Notes under the pieces: model-generated
Database searches by the model: none
What the model saw: only the letters and a program-made list of their open reading frames with translations
Told to the model about the DNA's origin: nothing
Program-made: the position numbers and the translations under genes
Source: Lytechinus pictus
Lineage: Eukaryota
Direction: 5' to 3'
NCBI RefSeq assembly: GCF_037042905.1
Contig: NC_087246.1
Span: 992,001-1,056,000, forward strand
Length of the DNA stretch: 64,000 nt
In this document: positions 1 to 13,370 of the stretch, piece after piece
Numbering within the stretch: the stretch's first letter is position 1
Layout of the letters: each line of letters begins with the position of its first letter

Positions 1-469
1 TGTATGCTTGCTTCATTAGTATATATATGTGAAGATATATATAAATCAAAGATTATATTTGCAATATCAGAGTATAATTTAGATAGAAGATTGGTTGTTG
101 TGATGATCAATGTTCACTATTTTTGTTAAAGAAATGCACTTGTACATGTATATGTGTATAATGTCAATGAGAGACTTACAAGGGGTAGCATGATCAAGAA
201 GAATCACATTCTTTTCAATGTCTTTTGGCACATGTATGTACATGTAGGTGGCCACTTTTTAGTAAGCTTGAGAGGTTTTTCAAGGTAAATCTCTTCAATG
301 TTTTGTTTCCATGTTTCCTTGTTTGTAATCTTTGGTTGTGGGAAATAGATTAAAAGAATGAAAAGATGGAAAATTGATCGTGAAATAAATGATTAATTAA
401 AAATATACAAAACTGTTTGTCCTGTGTCTACATTTGTTGTGAAAATTTGAGATAAGTTTAACATGTAGA

Positions 470-800
470 ATAAGAGTCAGATAGAATAAAGGTAAGAGGG
501 AGAGGATGATAAAGATGGAGGGAGGGAGCGATGGGTGAGAAGGGTGTAAGGGTTTGGGGAGAAAGGGAGATTGGTTTGGGGAGAGGAAGATGAAGTGAGA
601 GGGATTGGAAAGGGGGAGGCAGACAGACAGACATAGAGGAGAGGTAGATCAAGAAGTTGGAGTGATTGGAAAAAGATGGAGACAGAGAAGGGGCAGAGAA
701 AGAGCTCTCGATGTTGGAATAGAAATAGAAAACACCAAAAGAGAGGAAGGGGGAGAAGTATACATTAAGGCCCAATTTACAAGAAGTTTAAGAGGGGATA
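470..800. repeat. Purine-rich (GA) low-complexity tract; similar tracts at 11310-11660 and 46060-46320
   Basis: Strong A/G strand skew, which explains the spurious Ser/Leu/Pro-rich ORFs. Confidence 0.75.
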
Positions 801-814
801 CAAAATCATAAACT

Positions 815-1280
815 ATTTATATTATATTGGATGGCTCAGAATGGAATACCAGAAATATTTGGGAAAATATTCCACGAATCGCAGACGAGTGAAATAAAGC
901 CATCCAATATAATTATCATCTATACACCCCCCCCCCCCAAAAAAGGGAGAAATTTGATTTAACAAGTCTCTGAACTATGAGAAATAAGTGTGCTGAAATG
1001 TCATGAAACCACAATACAGCAATCAATTGAAAATATAGTTATCAATGAAAATAGAGCTTTAACTAAAAATAAAATGGTGGTGTTTATTGTAGAGAGAGAT
1101 TTTTATATTATATTGGATGGCTCATGTGCCCTAGACTGTTGAATATGGTCTCGTACTCAACGGTAAACTTTATGGGATATTTGATGGATTTCGGTCATTC
1201 TAGGGATACTCTGTTACTGCACAGGCAATTGATGCAGACCAAAAATATGTGTTTTTAATGTATGGCTAAAACGCTCTAGA
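815..1280 (+). repeat. Dispersed repeat copy 1 (rearranged module order B-A-B'-C)
   Basis: Blocks match 26195-26893 at high identity by eye. Confidence 0.8.
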
Positions 1281-3725
1281 CAATAAATATTATTTGTGTG
1301 ACCATTCTTCAAGCATATCTAGTGCCCTTTGCCAAAAAGGTGCAATTATACTTGGACCAGAATCTCTGTTAATGGTTTTGTATGCCCTCCTAGGTTAGAC
1401 TGCTTTTAATTTGGGCCAACATCATCATCACCATCATAAACATCCATCAATCCCTCATCATCACCAATATCAGCAGCAGCATGGGCATCATCACTATCAT
1501 ATACGCACCTCTAATATTAACATTTCATTTATGAAAACGGCTAATACTCTGCCCACCAACTGATTTTAATGGTTGTTGGATGATAGTATCGTTGGTATGG
1601 TAGTGTCGCAATAAATGACAAGTGCACATCATGAAACTCATTTCAGAACCCTACTTCAGCACTATCCTCACGCTCATTAGATATCACAATAATTTAACTG
1701 CACAACAGATGGCGCCAGACTTTTTTCTCTATCACGGACTTTAATTTCATTCTTGTGCATTGAAGTAATGACCTACAGATGATTTCAGATTTGAGGCAAC
1801 AGGGATACAGTTCTTGAGGCAGTCAAACTTAAAAAAAATGATTATCAAATAATATTATCAGATTGCAGTTGGAACATTACAATAGGCAAAATAACTCATT
1901 CTTATACTGCTGATAGTTTTGTAAAGTGCAATTTGACATGGGCAAGAAAAAAAAGTTCATCTACAAATAAGCAAATCACACACATCAACTGGAAAACCTA
2001 CACAGCTAGAGATTTTAAGGTACATTGTAGTTGGAAATAAAACGTTTGGAGATTAATAGTCACTCAGTCACTACTGAATACTCAAATTACATGGACAGGG
2101 ATGACCCAGTTCCCATAGCCAATACATTGAGAAAGTAATCTTATAGACAGTTTTTTTTTCTGTAACCTGTATAGAACATCATTCTCCAAATTCCAACTGA
2201 AATAGGTCATAATTCCTGATTTTTTAAATAAAAAGCAATTAACTTTGAAAGATTGGATTGTCATTTTCAAATGCTGATTGACCCACACAAAAGTATGGTA
2301 AATTGATATCTTAAAAAAATGATAGCTGGAGATTACAATAATGAGAAGGAATATACTTTATCAATAGTTTTCTCTGTACAAAATACTTCAGATAATAAGA
2401 GGCACTTGGCGTTTTTATGGAAAATTAAACAATCATGGTGATTTTCAAACTGAACTTGCTACGACAAACATTTTATCCCAGGCATGTCACTTTAAGAAAA
2501 AAATATTTTACATCTATAATGTTTCTTATCATATACAGACTTTAAAAATTATTTTTGCGCTGTCAAGAATACATAACTGTATTATACTGCACAAAATATT
2601 GAAAAATAATATTATATTACTCACAAACCCTCCTCCCTTCAGTTTCTAATACTAAAGAAAATTCTCAAATTATTTAATTATCTTAAGAAATGTGATATGA
2701 CAAACATTCAATTTAATTCAAATGATTATCATCTTGCTTTTTAAAAATTCCATTGCAAAACTGTTAATGCTTAAATCATAATCTGATAAAGTTGAACATT
2801 ACCTCTTTCAAAGTTGATAGCAATATAATTTTATAACTTGTAATATTGTGATAGTCTTTTTTAATTCATGGAATATCGAATAAACCACAACTGATAAATA
2901 CAATATTCTATTTTTTATACAAATATCCAAAGTTACAGATCATTTATTTAAACATTTGGTCTCAAATTTGATGGCATGATAAGAGGTCTCTGGAATTGCT
3001 ATTAAAAGAAGAATTGACAACATCAGTCCTTTATACCATTGTAATCGTACAATTCATTATATTTTATATTTTATGCAAGTTTACTTAACAAATTCAAATC
3101 AACCAAATATTCAGATCAATTTTTCAAATTGGCTTGACCAAGTATTTATTGAACAAAATAAAAATCTATTTCAAAACAAATCATTTGTTAATGAATCTAA
3201 CTTGTTAAACATATGGTACTTCTTTGCAAATAGTAGAAGCAATTTACTACCTGAGAACTTGACAAGGTCTATCCAATAATTCACTTACATCTGTTTGTTT
3301 CAAATGGTTATCAAGAAGATTTGAAGTTCTCTGATTCTTTTTAGATTTTTGATCTGTGTTTAAACTCTCGACCCTGGTTAGACCACATAGCTAGGGATAT
3401 CATACAGAATTAACTTATAAAGGGAGGCTAAATAATCATATGCAGCATAATTTCATACATTAAGCTATCATAAGTGCTTCTATTTTAATCAATTCATAAT
3501 TTCAAATAATGAAATTGTAAAATATGAACTTAAAATTAATTCCAAATTCACATCTTCATTAATCAGTAAGCTAACAATTTTGTTGTTGTAAATTTGCTTT
3601 GAGTGCCTTAAGCATCTAATTAAGATAAAAAGTGCGCTATGAAAACCTTAATTATCATCTATCACTATCTTTCAAAGTGTTACTTCATGGCCCTTCATCT
3701 ATATATCCAATCAATACAACTGCAG

Positions 3726-3731
3726 TTTATT
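3726..3731 (-). terminator. Candidate proximal polyadenylation signal AATAAA (further ones at 3145-3150 and 2943-2948)
   Basis: tttatt on + strand about 110 nt downstream of the stop. Such hexamers are common in AT-rich DNA, so usage is unproven. Confidence 0.3.
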
Positions 3732-3837
3732 ATTACATTCTTATTTAGATGCCGTGATTGTGATTTGTAATACCATGGTTTGTTTATATTACAAGGTAGA
3801 CATTATTAGTACTCTGTTGGTGTATAGAGATGGTCCT

Positions 3838-3894
3838 TTAGCTTAGGTCAGAGATAGCTACACATTGGTTCAGGTATTCTGAGTACAACTTCTC
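3838..3894 (-). CDS. NTPase terminal coding exon E11: EKLYSEYLNQCVAISDLS*
   Basis: Strong polypyrimidine tract plus ctccag acceptor. In-frame TAA at 3838-3840, followed by AT-rich 3'UTR-like sequence. Confidence 0.88.
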   Translation of the reverse strand, partial: EKLYSEYLNQCVAISDLS

Positions 3895-4094
3895 CTGGAG
3901 AACAAAGAGACAAACAAAAAATAAAAAGACAATTGTAATTAAAGACTGCAACAATGAATACAAAAAGTGCTATTTTTTCTACCACACCTAATAAAGCATG
4001 TAAAACTAATTTGGCCTCATTTGGGTATTATGAGCCCTGTGGGTTCTTCCATTGCAAGTGCCTACTTCAATGTGCAGATGATACCAGATATGGG

Positions 4095-4283
4095 GTGACT
4101 CGGTCTCATAAATGATAGGTTATGGGTTCAAACAAGACCAAGTCATACTATAGATATAAACATGGGACCTTCTGCCTTCTTCCTCAGCATTTAGATTGGA
4201 GAAGGGTAATTATAGTATGTTATATTATGCAGGGACTGCTGGAGAACCCTGGGTAAATAAAATATTTTTTTTATTATTATTAC
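4095..4283 (+). mobile_element. Degenerate tRNA-derived SINE relic
   Basis: B-box-like ggttcaaa, a core resembling GTCATAC.A.AGA.T.TAAA.ATGG.ACCT.CTGCCT..CTCAGCATT, then aataaa and a (tta)n tail. Confidence 0.5.
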
Positions 4284-4302
4284 ATACTGATTGATATCTT
4301 AC

Positions 4303-4387
4303 CTTTGCTCCCTTTACTTGTTTCTGTACATACTCTCTCTGTTCACTGAAGTACCTCTTCTCTTTACGAGTCAATGTAGGCTTTAAT
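4303..4387 (-). CDS. NTPase exon E10: RLKPTLTRKEKRYFSEQREYVQKQVKGAK
   Basis: Acceptor atacag, donor gtaaga. Basic post-TM tail. Phase fits. Confidence 0.88.
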
Positions 4388-5331
4388 CTGTATTATGATG
4401 ACAATATATAAAACAACTGATTAATAACCATTATCAGGTTTAACACTTTGTCATTGATTACCAGAGGAATGTTACATAAATACAGACTTAAAAATCATTA
4501 ATATGTCATTTAAGGTGAAAAGGAATTTTTTTCATGCAACCATTCGTCAGAGTGAATATTTGAACCAATACGCCAGGATAGGACGGCATTAACAAGCACC
4601 CTGGGTATTCAAGAATTGTACATCATAGAAAGTGGCATTATTTCATATATCAGATTACACATATACAATAGAACATTCAATTTGTACTTTCATACATTGG
4701 GGGAAAAAAACCCTGAAAAGTCATGCTCAGAATCTCCGAGAAAACTTATGTCTCTATATAAAGACACATACCCGGTACCCAACTAAAACTTAATCTTACA
4801 TACAACTCTGGAGGACGAATGAGTGCCTCCACAATCCAATCCAAGGTTCTACTGTATACATAGGATAACTTTGCCATTATGGCAATAACCATGGTAATGG
4901 AGCTCCGTAGCTAATCCAAATCAAGATTCCCATGGCCATTTCCATAATGGAAAAATTTTCATGTATTATGGGTTTATAAATACAATAGTACCAAGTACAG
5001 TGTACTACCAAGAATGCATAGATGATACTTTCTAAAGGCGTTTATTTAATAAGATATTTCTTTAATTGGTCTTAACTTCTTACTTAATTGGGTATGAATA
5101 TCCTGTCTGTTCATAATTATGCAGGAAATTCAAAAAATTAGTCTGGAATCTGATTTATTAGAGATTGCATTACAATTATACAATTCCAACCGCCAACGCA
5201 ATAAGAAATTTCAGGGATTGTGTGAAATGAGATTGCACTTGATTTAGCCAAAACTAGATGCTCAACAATCCTGGGATTTGAAATATTGATGAGGACAAGG
5301 ACTTAAAAGAGGGCTTAGAGTCCTTGATATA

Positions 5332-5561
5332 CAATAAAAGACAGATTAAATTCCCCCCCCCCCCCCCCCCCCCCGGTCATACTCCCAGGTACATGGATGT
5401 TTAGAATCATAACAAAGCAATCAATCTTTTAATCCTTTATCAGAATTAGAAATAAATCCGAATTCACATGGTAGATTGACAAATAAGAGCAACGCCCATA
5501 TTCTAAACATCCTTGTACCTGGGAGTATGAAGGAGGAGGAAATTTCATCAGTCTTTTGTTG
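5332..5561. mobile_element. Palindromic MITE-like element
   Basis: Arms TCATACTCCCAGGTACATGGATGTTTAGAAT / ATTCTAAACATCCTTGTACCTGGGAGTATGA, extended outward by CAATAAAAGACAGATTAAATT / AATTTCATCAGTCTTTTGTTG. Confidence 0.7.
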
Positions 5562-7181
5562 CATTTCTATATGTTCATTCCCCTACCAACACTTAAAACA
5601 CATCCATTAGTCTGTCTATAGTGTTAGTGGTTTCTAAAGGAGGCTTAAATATACAAAAAAAGATAAAAGAATTAAACATGGGGATACATGTCTGACTTAC
5701 ATTCTAATAAATAGCAAATAACAATTTATATTTGTAAACATATTATCAAAGCAAGCCTATTGTCTAAATTGAACAGAAAAGTGCATTACACTTGTTATTT
5801 ATAGATTATACAATGAGGGGGGGGGGGTGGGGGGTAGTGTTTGTATGAAATTTTTAATTCTATGTATATTAAACATGCCAGAGGCTCACTAGACAAAGCA
5901 ACATATGTAGGCTTTATTGCAAGTTATTTCAGTTTAATTCAGAATATTCCAGGGAGGAAATGAAACTGTCATTATTACCTACTTCTGCAATACTGCAGTA
6001 TTTCATACAAAACACCCCCCTCCTCCACATTGCATAACAGGAAATGAAAGAGACATAATAAATAGCTATGAGTCTCTAATGTAAACCAGTCTGAGCTAGT
6101 CTATTTATAGACTACCAAATTCTTTCATAATCATATCAATTCCACACAAAACAAATAACATTAGACTATCACCTGCTACATAATAACAGTATGTAGATTC
6201 TATCATAGGGCATAATGGTTGACATAAAACCTAAGATGTGCTTATCAGATATTGATATCTTTCAATACATAGAGCAAATACTGTATATCTGCTAGACTTG
6301 TTCTTTTTCACACCAAGAAGTAGTTGATGCATATAAAGTCCTCATTCAAACCCAGACATAATGACATAATAGCATAAATTGATTTAATGTGTTATGCCAG
6401 GCCAGCATATTGCATTACATGAATGGGGAATGATAACGTTCTGGATATAGCAACAGCAGGGGGCCTCCCTTAACATTTAAACAGGAAGTCATTAACAGGT
6501 GAATAGCTAGCTGTCTGTCTGGATCTCATTTTGATTCTATAGACAGATTCTTATACACATTATGTGCTTCAATAGAAACTGATTTTAGTAATCATTATTG
6601 GTAGGTAGACTAATAAAGAGGTGACTGCTCTAACAAGTTTTGACTATTCTCAAATAAGATATTAGAGGAGCACAACATCTATTTACAGCATTTAAAATTA
6701 TATTTAACTATCTATGATGAAGATGAAAAGAAAACAAAAGTTCCTTAATCCCAAGTGTTTTGAAAGCTCATATATACTGAAGTCTAGTTCCATATATTTG
6801 TTTATATTGGAAGTTTGTTAACCATCTTTTCTCCATATTTTAATGGTAAATTTCACTATCTTAGTTACCATTTCTAGACAATTATCAACAATTGAGCACC
6901 GAATGTGCTGACGAATTTAACGTCTAATGTTAGTGATTATTGTCGCAATTGGCTATCCATAGCTAAACTACAACTTAAGATTAGAATTATACTGAAGACC
7001 AGGGGAGAGCTTCATGAAATAAAAGGTGATTTTCACTGATAAATTAGTACTGAGCTAAACAGATGCAAAGATTTTGGCACTTAATAATAGTCAGTGAAAA
7101 ACACTATTTGTTTCCTAAAACTGCTCCCTGGAATACGGGCCAAGGGATTCATGACCCTGGATGTTAAATCTATATACCCAC

Positions 7182-7294
7182 CTTGTTGACAGCTTAGCAA
7201 AGAGAAGAAGGAGGAAGCATATAAGAGCTATACCAATCATAGCATGTAGATGATACTCAATAGGAATAGTATGCCAAATACCTCCTATAGGACT
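7182..7294 (-). CDS. NTPase exon E9: SPIGGIWHTIPIEYHLHAMIGIALICFLLLLFAKLST (TM2)
   Basis: Acceptor tatcttttcag, donor gtgggt. Second hydrophobic run. Confidence 0.88.
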
Positions 7295-7327
7295 CTGAAA
7301 AAGATAAAAAAATAAATATGATAACAT

Positions 7328-7490
7328 TTATCATCATCAATCATCATCGTCATCATCATCATCCTCAACAAAATCATCAACATTGACATCATCATTGACC
7401 AATTCACCATTATCACTACCATCATCGCCACCGATACTGATATATCAACATCAAAGATAACCATTCCACCCCACCCACCCTCATCACCCA
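7328..7490. repeat. Degenerate (CAT)n trinucleotide tract in the E8-E9 intron; similar tract at 1420-1500
   Basis: Repeated catcat/atc units. Confidence 0.75.
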
Positions 7491-7503
7491 GAATCTTATT
7501 TAC

Positions 7504-7675
7504 CAGGTATGATTTCAGCATGGTAGCTCCATCTTCTCCTAGTAATCCTGATGTAAACTCATCAGACACGGTACTGGCCAAGAAGTTAATGAAGAGAAGA
7601 AATGGAAGCAACAATCCAAGGGCGTAGAAGATCAATGATTTACCCTTAGCTCGGAAGTTGTAGGAATTTGCTTGC
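7504..7675 (-). CDS. NTPase exon E8: RQANSYNFRAKGKSLIFYALGLLLPFLLFINFLASTVSDEFTSGLLGEDGATMLKSYL (TM1)
   Basis: Acceptor cttcatag, donor gtaaat. About 22-residue hydrophobic run. Phase fits E7 and E9. Confidence 0.9.
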
Positions 7676-8174
7676 CTATGAAGAATACAAAATAAAGAGA
7701 CTAGGTTATTCAAAAATAAAAATTTGAAATACTAATGGAGCTTAATCTGACTTCTCTTTTCAGCATTGTAAACTATTTAACAAGGACAATGACCCATTTC
7801 ATGTTCACTTTTTTCATTCAATAATCATAGATCATGAAAAGAAATATTTTATAGATGTATGAATTGATAAGGGCAGATCGTACACAGAAGAAAACTATGG
7901 TATGTGAACATTATGGGAAGTGAGGTTTCTCAAAAATCAAAGAATATCAAAAGTCATTGGAGTGACATCACACTCTGAATCTGAGGAAATGATCAGTGGT
8001 ATACAGACAGGTCAATTCATTCAATGTTCTGATACATATTAGCCTATACATGTATCATCAGATGGTGTTTACAATTGTATTTTTGTACATGGTTTGCTAT
8101 ATAGACTTACAATTAAACTTAATCAACAATTTGTTGTATCTAGTCACAGGTATTGTAAAATAATGATTTGTAAT

Positions 8175-8902
8175 CAATTCTCGCTACCCCAAATAGCGAT
8201 TTCCCCGAGATCCGGGAAAATCCCTGTAACGCGCATTGCATTATGGGATAGCTTTTCGGTATTACAACTTCCTGTTCGGAAGTCCAATGCACTGTTTTGC
8301 CATTCAGATCAACAGTGCCGTCATGCACAACACAACGCTGCTTTCGCTCGGAAAGTTCGTGATCACAACCCTCTCTTTCACGATTACAGTTTAACGGCCT
8401 TTTCTGCTTAATTAAGTCACTAATTCTGCCCGAAGCTTTCCATTGTAAGGTATTCCTCTGTCAGTTAAGATTTTTTAAAGTTCCGAAACTGATTTTTTAT
8501 CCATTTTGTGGTCGACAAAAAATTGAACGGAATGAATGCTGTATATATTTAGCGTCTAGTCGAATACGATCGTGATGTCAGGCTGGTCGCTAAATGCAAA
8601 ATTTTAAGATATTCATTATTTGTTTAATTTTTTTATAACCAAATAAAAACATGAATAAAAATTATTTTCACGTGAAATATATTTTTCATTTTTATTTATA
8701 ATCCAAATTGAATAAAAAGTATTATAATCTGTACATATTACGCTGATTGGCATCGATTTCAGCGTGGTGGAAAACTCAGTATCGCGAACCTCGCGCGAGC
8801 ATGACTCTGAACCGGAAGTGGTAATGACGACCCGACGGAGTGAAAATTATCTCGTCTCGCGCATTATGAGATTTTTGTTCCTATTTGGGGTAGCGAGAAT
8901 TG
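8175..8902. mobile_element. Non-autonomous DNA transposon/MITE (~730 bp) with 22-bp perfect TIRs
   Basis: CAATTCTCGCTACCCCAAATAG (8175) and CTATTTGGGGTAGCGAGAATTG (8902). CpG-rich interior. No clean TSD resolved. Confidence 0.8.
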
Positions 8903-9046
8903 CAAATTTCAAAACCTTGCTTAAGAATGGTTTATTGTACCTCCCTGGTATGCAGAATAAAGAGCACAATTACATGTTTGTGTAATCCTTAATCCAGATC
9001 AACAAGTATCACGGATTACAGAAACATGAGATGGGAAACTACTTAC

Positions 9047-9189
9047 CTGTCTTCATCTAGCTTATCATCAATGATTTTTGAGATGTGTTCACAATCAGTC
9101 TCTAGAGTATTGAGTGAGTTCTGAATGGTTTGTTTGATTGTTTTTTCTATATCCTTACACACCTCCTCTATCTGGTTCACACATCGACT
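9047..9189 (-). CDS. NTPase exon E7: SRCVNQIEEVCKDIEKTIKQTIQNSLNTLETDCEHISKIIDDKLDED (helical/coiled-coil stalk)
   Basis: Acceptor cttttag, donor gtaagt. Heptad-like helical composition. Confidence 0.92.
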
Positions 9190-9843
9190 CTAAAAGGTCA
9201 GAAATGAATGAAAAATCATTTAATTTCAAGTCAAAACATTACACATTCATTCATTTTAGGTAATGGCTTGTCAAAAATTTTAAATGACAAATTTGCTCTC
9301 GGCCAATCAAATGCATCGATTTCACTGATGAATTTGATCTCAACCAATCAAGATTAAAGGATTTCAGTAGATTTTAACACTTGTCTGAAAATTGCAAACA
9401 AGACAAGAACATTGCCCTGATCCACAAAAGCACTAGGAGAAAATCCCACTTAGCATTTTCCAAGGCAGCTTTTCTTCATTTCCTATGATTTGGTGTATGC
9501 AAAAATGGGAGGATAAAGAGCAAAAACACTGAGCAATATTCCTGCTAGGACGAGCTGAATTTGTTTTTAGTGATGATGACTTAATAAAAAAAAATTATTC
9601 TGTCAATAGTTTAAAAAAAAAAACCCTTTCATCAAAATATCAAATTGAAGGAATATCAGCAGTGTATTTCGCATATTCTATTCATAGTTTGAGCATCCTC
9701 ATTATATATGAGACATTGTGTCAATTTGATAAAACTAATTTAAATTGTATCTTATATGTCCCTAGGCTCATCCCAACACTTTTAAGTATATGACCTCAGT
9801 TATGATTTCTAATTCTGTCCCAAGACAAGTGTTGATATCATAC

Positions 9844-9948
9844 CTTTCCTGATGATAATGTTGGGATGTATATCGTTGGCATGTTGAAGCCGGCTCGGTT
9901 TAAACCAGGTCTCTTACATAGCTCCTGGACAATCTGCATGAGTACACG
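9844..9948 (-). CDS. NTPase exon E6: RVLMQIVQELCKRPGLNRAGFNMPTIYIPTLSSGK
   Basis: Acceptor catgcag, donor gtatga. 105 nt, phase 0/0. Confidence 0.92.
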
Positions 9949-10446
9949 CTGCATGTAGGAAACAGTTAAAAAATAGTATTTCACAAATAATGTTACAGAT
10001 TAATCATTCAGAATGCTTTTCTCATTAAGACTCTTCAAGAAACCTTTCCATTCTGATTTTATTTTGGATACTGCTGAAGAGTACTCATCCTGAACATCCA
10101 TCCAACCCCCATTTTTCTCCATTCTTACCTCATTACATGAAATAGTCAAGCCAATACAATCTTGGTAGATTTTCAGAGGACTTTTGTATGAACTATAAAG
10201 CAGAAATAAATACTTTCAGATAGGTCCCACAATAGGGTGAAATGTACAAATGAAATTTTCATTTTGTTTTCATATGGTCCATGAATTTAACTGAAAGAAA
10301 CATCAGATTCACAATTCACAATCAAATGGATTTGGTTTTACTTGTGTATCTTTTGAGCAGAAGTGTTTTGGTAGTTTATATTTCATGTCACCTAACCTGT
10401 AAAGAGATATTCAGGTAGAACTTGGAGATTGACAACATCATCTTAC

Positions 10447-10607
10447 CTGTCTGTCACTCTCATGTCCAGCCTCATCAGCCTTCGTAAGATAGAACTTGAC
10501 CCGGTCAGCATGTTTCTCATTCAGCTTCTCAACCAGGTTCATTGTCCGTTTACACAGAGCTTGACCAATGGGGTCAAAGAACACAAAGATCAGATCAGCG
10601 AGGTCAC
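10447..10607 (-). CDS. NTPase exon E5: GDLADLIFVFFDPIGQALCKRTMNLVEKLNEKHADRVKFYLTKADEAGHESDRQ (G4 TKAD)
   Basis: Acceptor ctctatag, donor gtaaga. DLIFVFFD strand followed by TKAD. Confidence 0.95.
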
Positions 10608-12599
10608 CTATAGAGTGAGAGAAAGGTGGATTAAGAGAAATTGATTATTCTGATTCTAGTGAGAATTAAAGAAAGAAATATTCATTATATTAATTCTCAC
10701 ATTAAGAAAATCTGATAAATAAGCTTCAGACTGTTATCAATGAAGAGTATTAATTGGGACTTCTAATCCCAGCACATATATCATATCAGTTGGGTGGAAA
10801 AAGGTGTCACTTTGGTGTCATAAAAACCAAAGTTTTGTCACAGATGTTCATATAGTAGTAGATAATTAGCAAGGTGCTAATGCAAAATGTATACTAGGTG
10901 TTCAAATCCAATTGTTCCAGGTGTTATGATGGTGCTAAATGCCAATGAGTCTATATCAATTGTCATAATCATGTGTCAGATCATCCCAGATCATTTATAT
11001 CTGGGTTAACATGTACACAGAGCTGGTAAATGAATCATTGATCTATGACTTAGAGCAGATTATACCAGACTATGATTGTCGACTGACATTCAACAAATCA
11101 AAAGAAATATAATGTAATGCTGATTATCGTTGCTACTGCCATGTTTGAATGGTCAACAAATTATTGTAGAAGGAATGGTATCCCGTGTGCCAGTTGATTG
11201 ATGTAAAGAGTTTCTGGTTTTGATCTAAAGAGCAAACCAACAATTCTTTTTAATTTAATACATGATTGAAAAACTATGGAACAGAGACTAGATGTGAACA
11301 GACGGACCAGAATAGGAGGCATAGAGGGGAAGAAAGAATCAAGAGATGGATAGATAGAGGGAGATAGAAGAGGTAGAACTGAAAGAGAAAGAATCAAGGG
11401 AGGGATGGATGGATAGATAGAGAGAGAGTGAGAGGGAGGGAGAAGAGGAGGGAGACAGAATAGGGAAGAGGTGAAAGAGAAAGAATCAATGAGAGGTAGG
11501 TAGAGTGTAAGCTATTGAGGTAAAGGGGAAGAGAGATATAGAAGGGAGAGGGGAAGAGGGAGGTGGCAAGAAAATGAGAAAAAATAGAGGCATGAATAAC
11601 CCTTAGGATAAAGAGAGAAATAGAAAAACAAAAGAAATAGATGCAACATGGGATAGAAAATGTTAGAGACGACTCTGGAATGAATCCAACAAACAGATCA
11701 AAGAATACATGTAGTAGCTTGAAACCTTCCCCAGCCTTCCCGACGCTCCGCCATCTACTGTAAGTACCATCATCCAAATAGCTCTATCGTCACACAGCAC
11801 AGATGTAAATAGATGCATGCAATCTCCAACCAAACTCCAACCAATCCATACACACACGCCCCCTCAAAAATGCTAATAACTGTCAAATGGCAAAAACCTC
11901 ACCCACATAACACATCTAATGTTTCATCTTGGTGCCAAGGATGAAATATACATGTAATCACATTGCAGTCGTATTAGAGTTTGAAGCAACCGAGAGAATA
12001 ACATTCACATCTGAGGAAGTTAGGTTACCAAGAGGAAATATATTCATTAGATACATTTGGCAAAAAGTTGAAATAGTTTTTTTTTATGAGATAAGAATGT
12101 TCATCTGTAAAATCGTATCCGATTTCTATTACTTTGTATTATGTTTGAACATGTTGAATGGAAATGAAATAAAGAATTGAATTGAACTGAATTGAAATTT
12201 ATCCAAGCAGACTAGACTTTTGATCTTCCTTGAAAGAAATATGAAACAAATAAAAATAATTTACTTCACTAAAAATGCTGAAAAGTATCTTTCAGCTTAT
12301 TAACCAGAAGTAACCTCTTTCTTCTCCTGTAACTAGACTTGTGATTATTCACAACTTTTGACTTCTATCAATAATGCTTGAAACAAAGCGTTAATTTATG
12401 AATTAAGCAGCCCAAAAGCAATATTTTGGTACTGTCTGCATAGTATTTGATTATGAAATCACACCTTCCAAGCAAAATGCACTAGATAACCACAATCTCA
12501 CCAATCTTTTACTCTCATCTATTCTTGCCACAAAATAACTATATTCTTATTTTACTCCTCTATATCATATTGCTGACCCACAGGCTCCGATGCAGCCTA

Positions 12600-13370
12600 G
12601 CCCCAGATTTTCTTAATTACGAGATAACTGGATACATCTACTTGAGTCCCTCCCACAGGCCCCTCGCCTTGCTTGGCAACATGTCTCAGACGACTGGCAT
12701 CTAGTCACAGACTCCAAGGTGAAGCTTCTCTCTCACCTCGCCCTACTCCTTCGGGTAACTCAGGAGTTAGGTGTTAGAAATCAGAGCTTACTCCCTCCCG
12801 CATTCCCAATTACTTGGGCGCCGACATTCCAAACCAGATCGCCCCGCCCAGTTCCGACAAGGTATGGTCGATCATGTCCCTCGCTCGCTACCTCCAGGGA
12901 CGCAGCCACGTGAGGGCCCGTGTCTGGCTACGACTGTTGGGTTACATGTCCAGTCTAGTCGACATTTTATCAGATTGTCGCCTACACATGAGGCCATTCC
13001 AGAGGCATCGTCTTCGCCATTACAAGCCTGGCATTGATTCGCTGCAGTTAAGGATCCCCCTCCCGGCTGACATCTGACACAGCCTAGCCCCATGTACCCA
13101 CACGTCATTTGTGGCTCTGGGCAAGCCATAAAAGTGCTGGAGATGCGAGGTGTGCGCAACTCCCTCCGACACTTCCAGCACAAGCTGGTAGGCCGAACTG
13201 TATTAATCCGCACAGACAACAGGTCTGTTGCAGATTACATAAACCAGCAGGGCGGCACACGGTCAAGCTCCCTCGACACGCTTGCCGCGGACCTCTGGAG
13301 GTGGTGCCGTTCGTTGGAGATCGTCCCAGTTGCCTCGTCTATCTCGGGCAGGGACAACCCGATAGTCAAG
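12600..13370 (+). mobile_element. Degenerate DIRS-type (tyrosine-recombinase) retrotransposon fragment: RT C-terminus plus RNase H
   Basis: GC-rich island. Across frameshifts it reads DDWHLVTDS..HLALLLRVTQELG (YLDDW region), ARVWLRLLGYMSS..RLHMRPFQ, and IKVLEMRGV..HF..VLIRTDNRSVADYINQQGGTRS..LWRWC..ISGRDN (DIRS RNase H signature). Confidence 0.88.

Noticed and set aside
458..811. Overlapping ORFs in a purine-rich tract (likewise 11161-11857, 46071-46492, 53827-54121, 60763-61181)
   Set aside because: Low-complexity sequence lacking stops by composition, with no splice or motif support.
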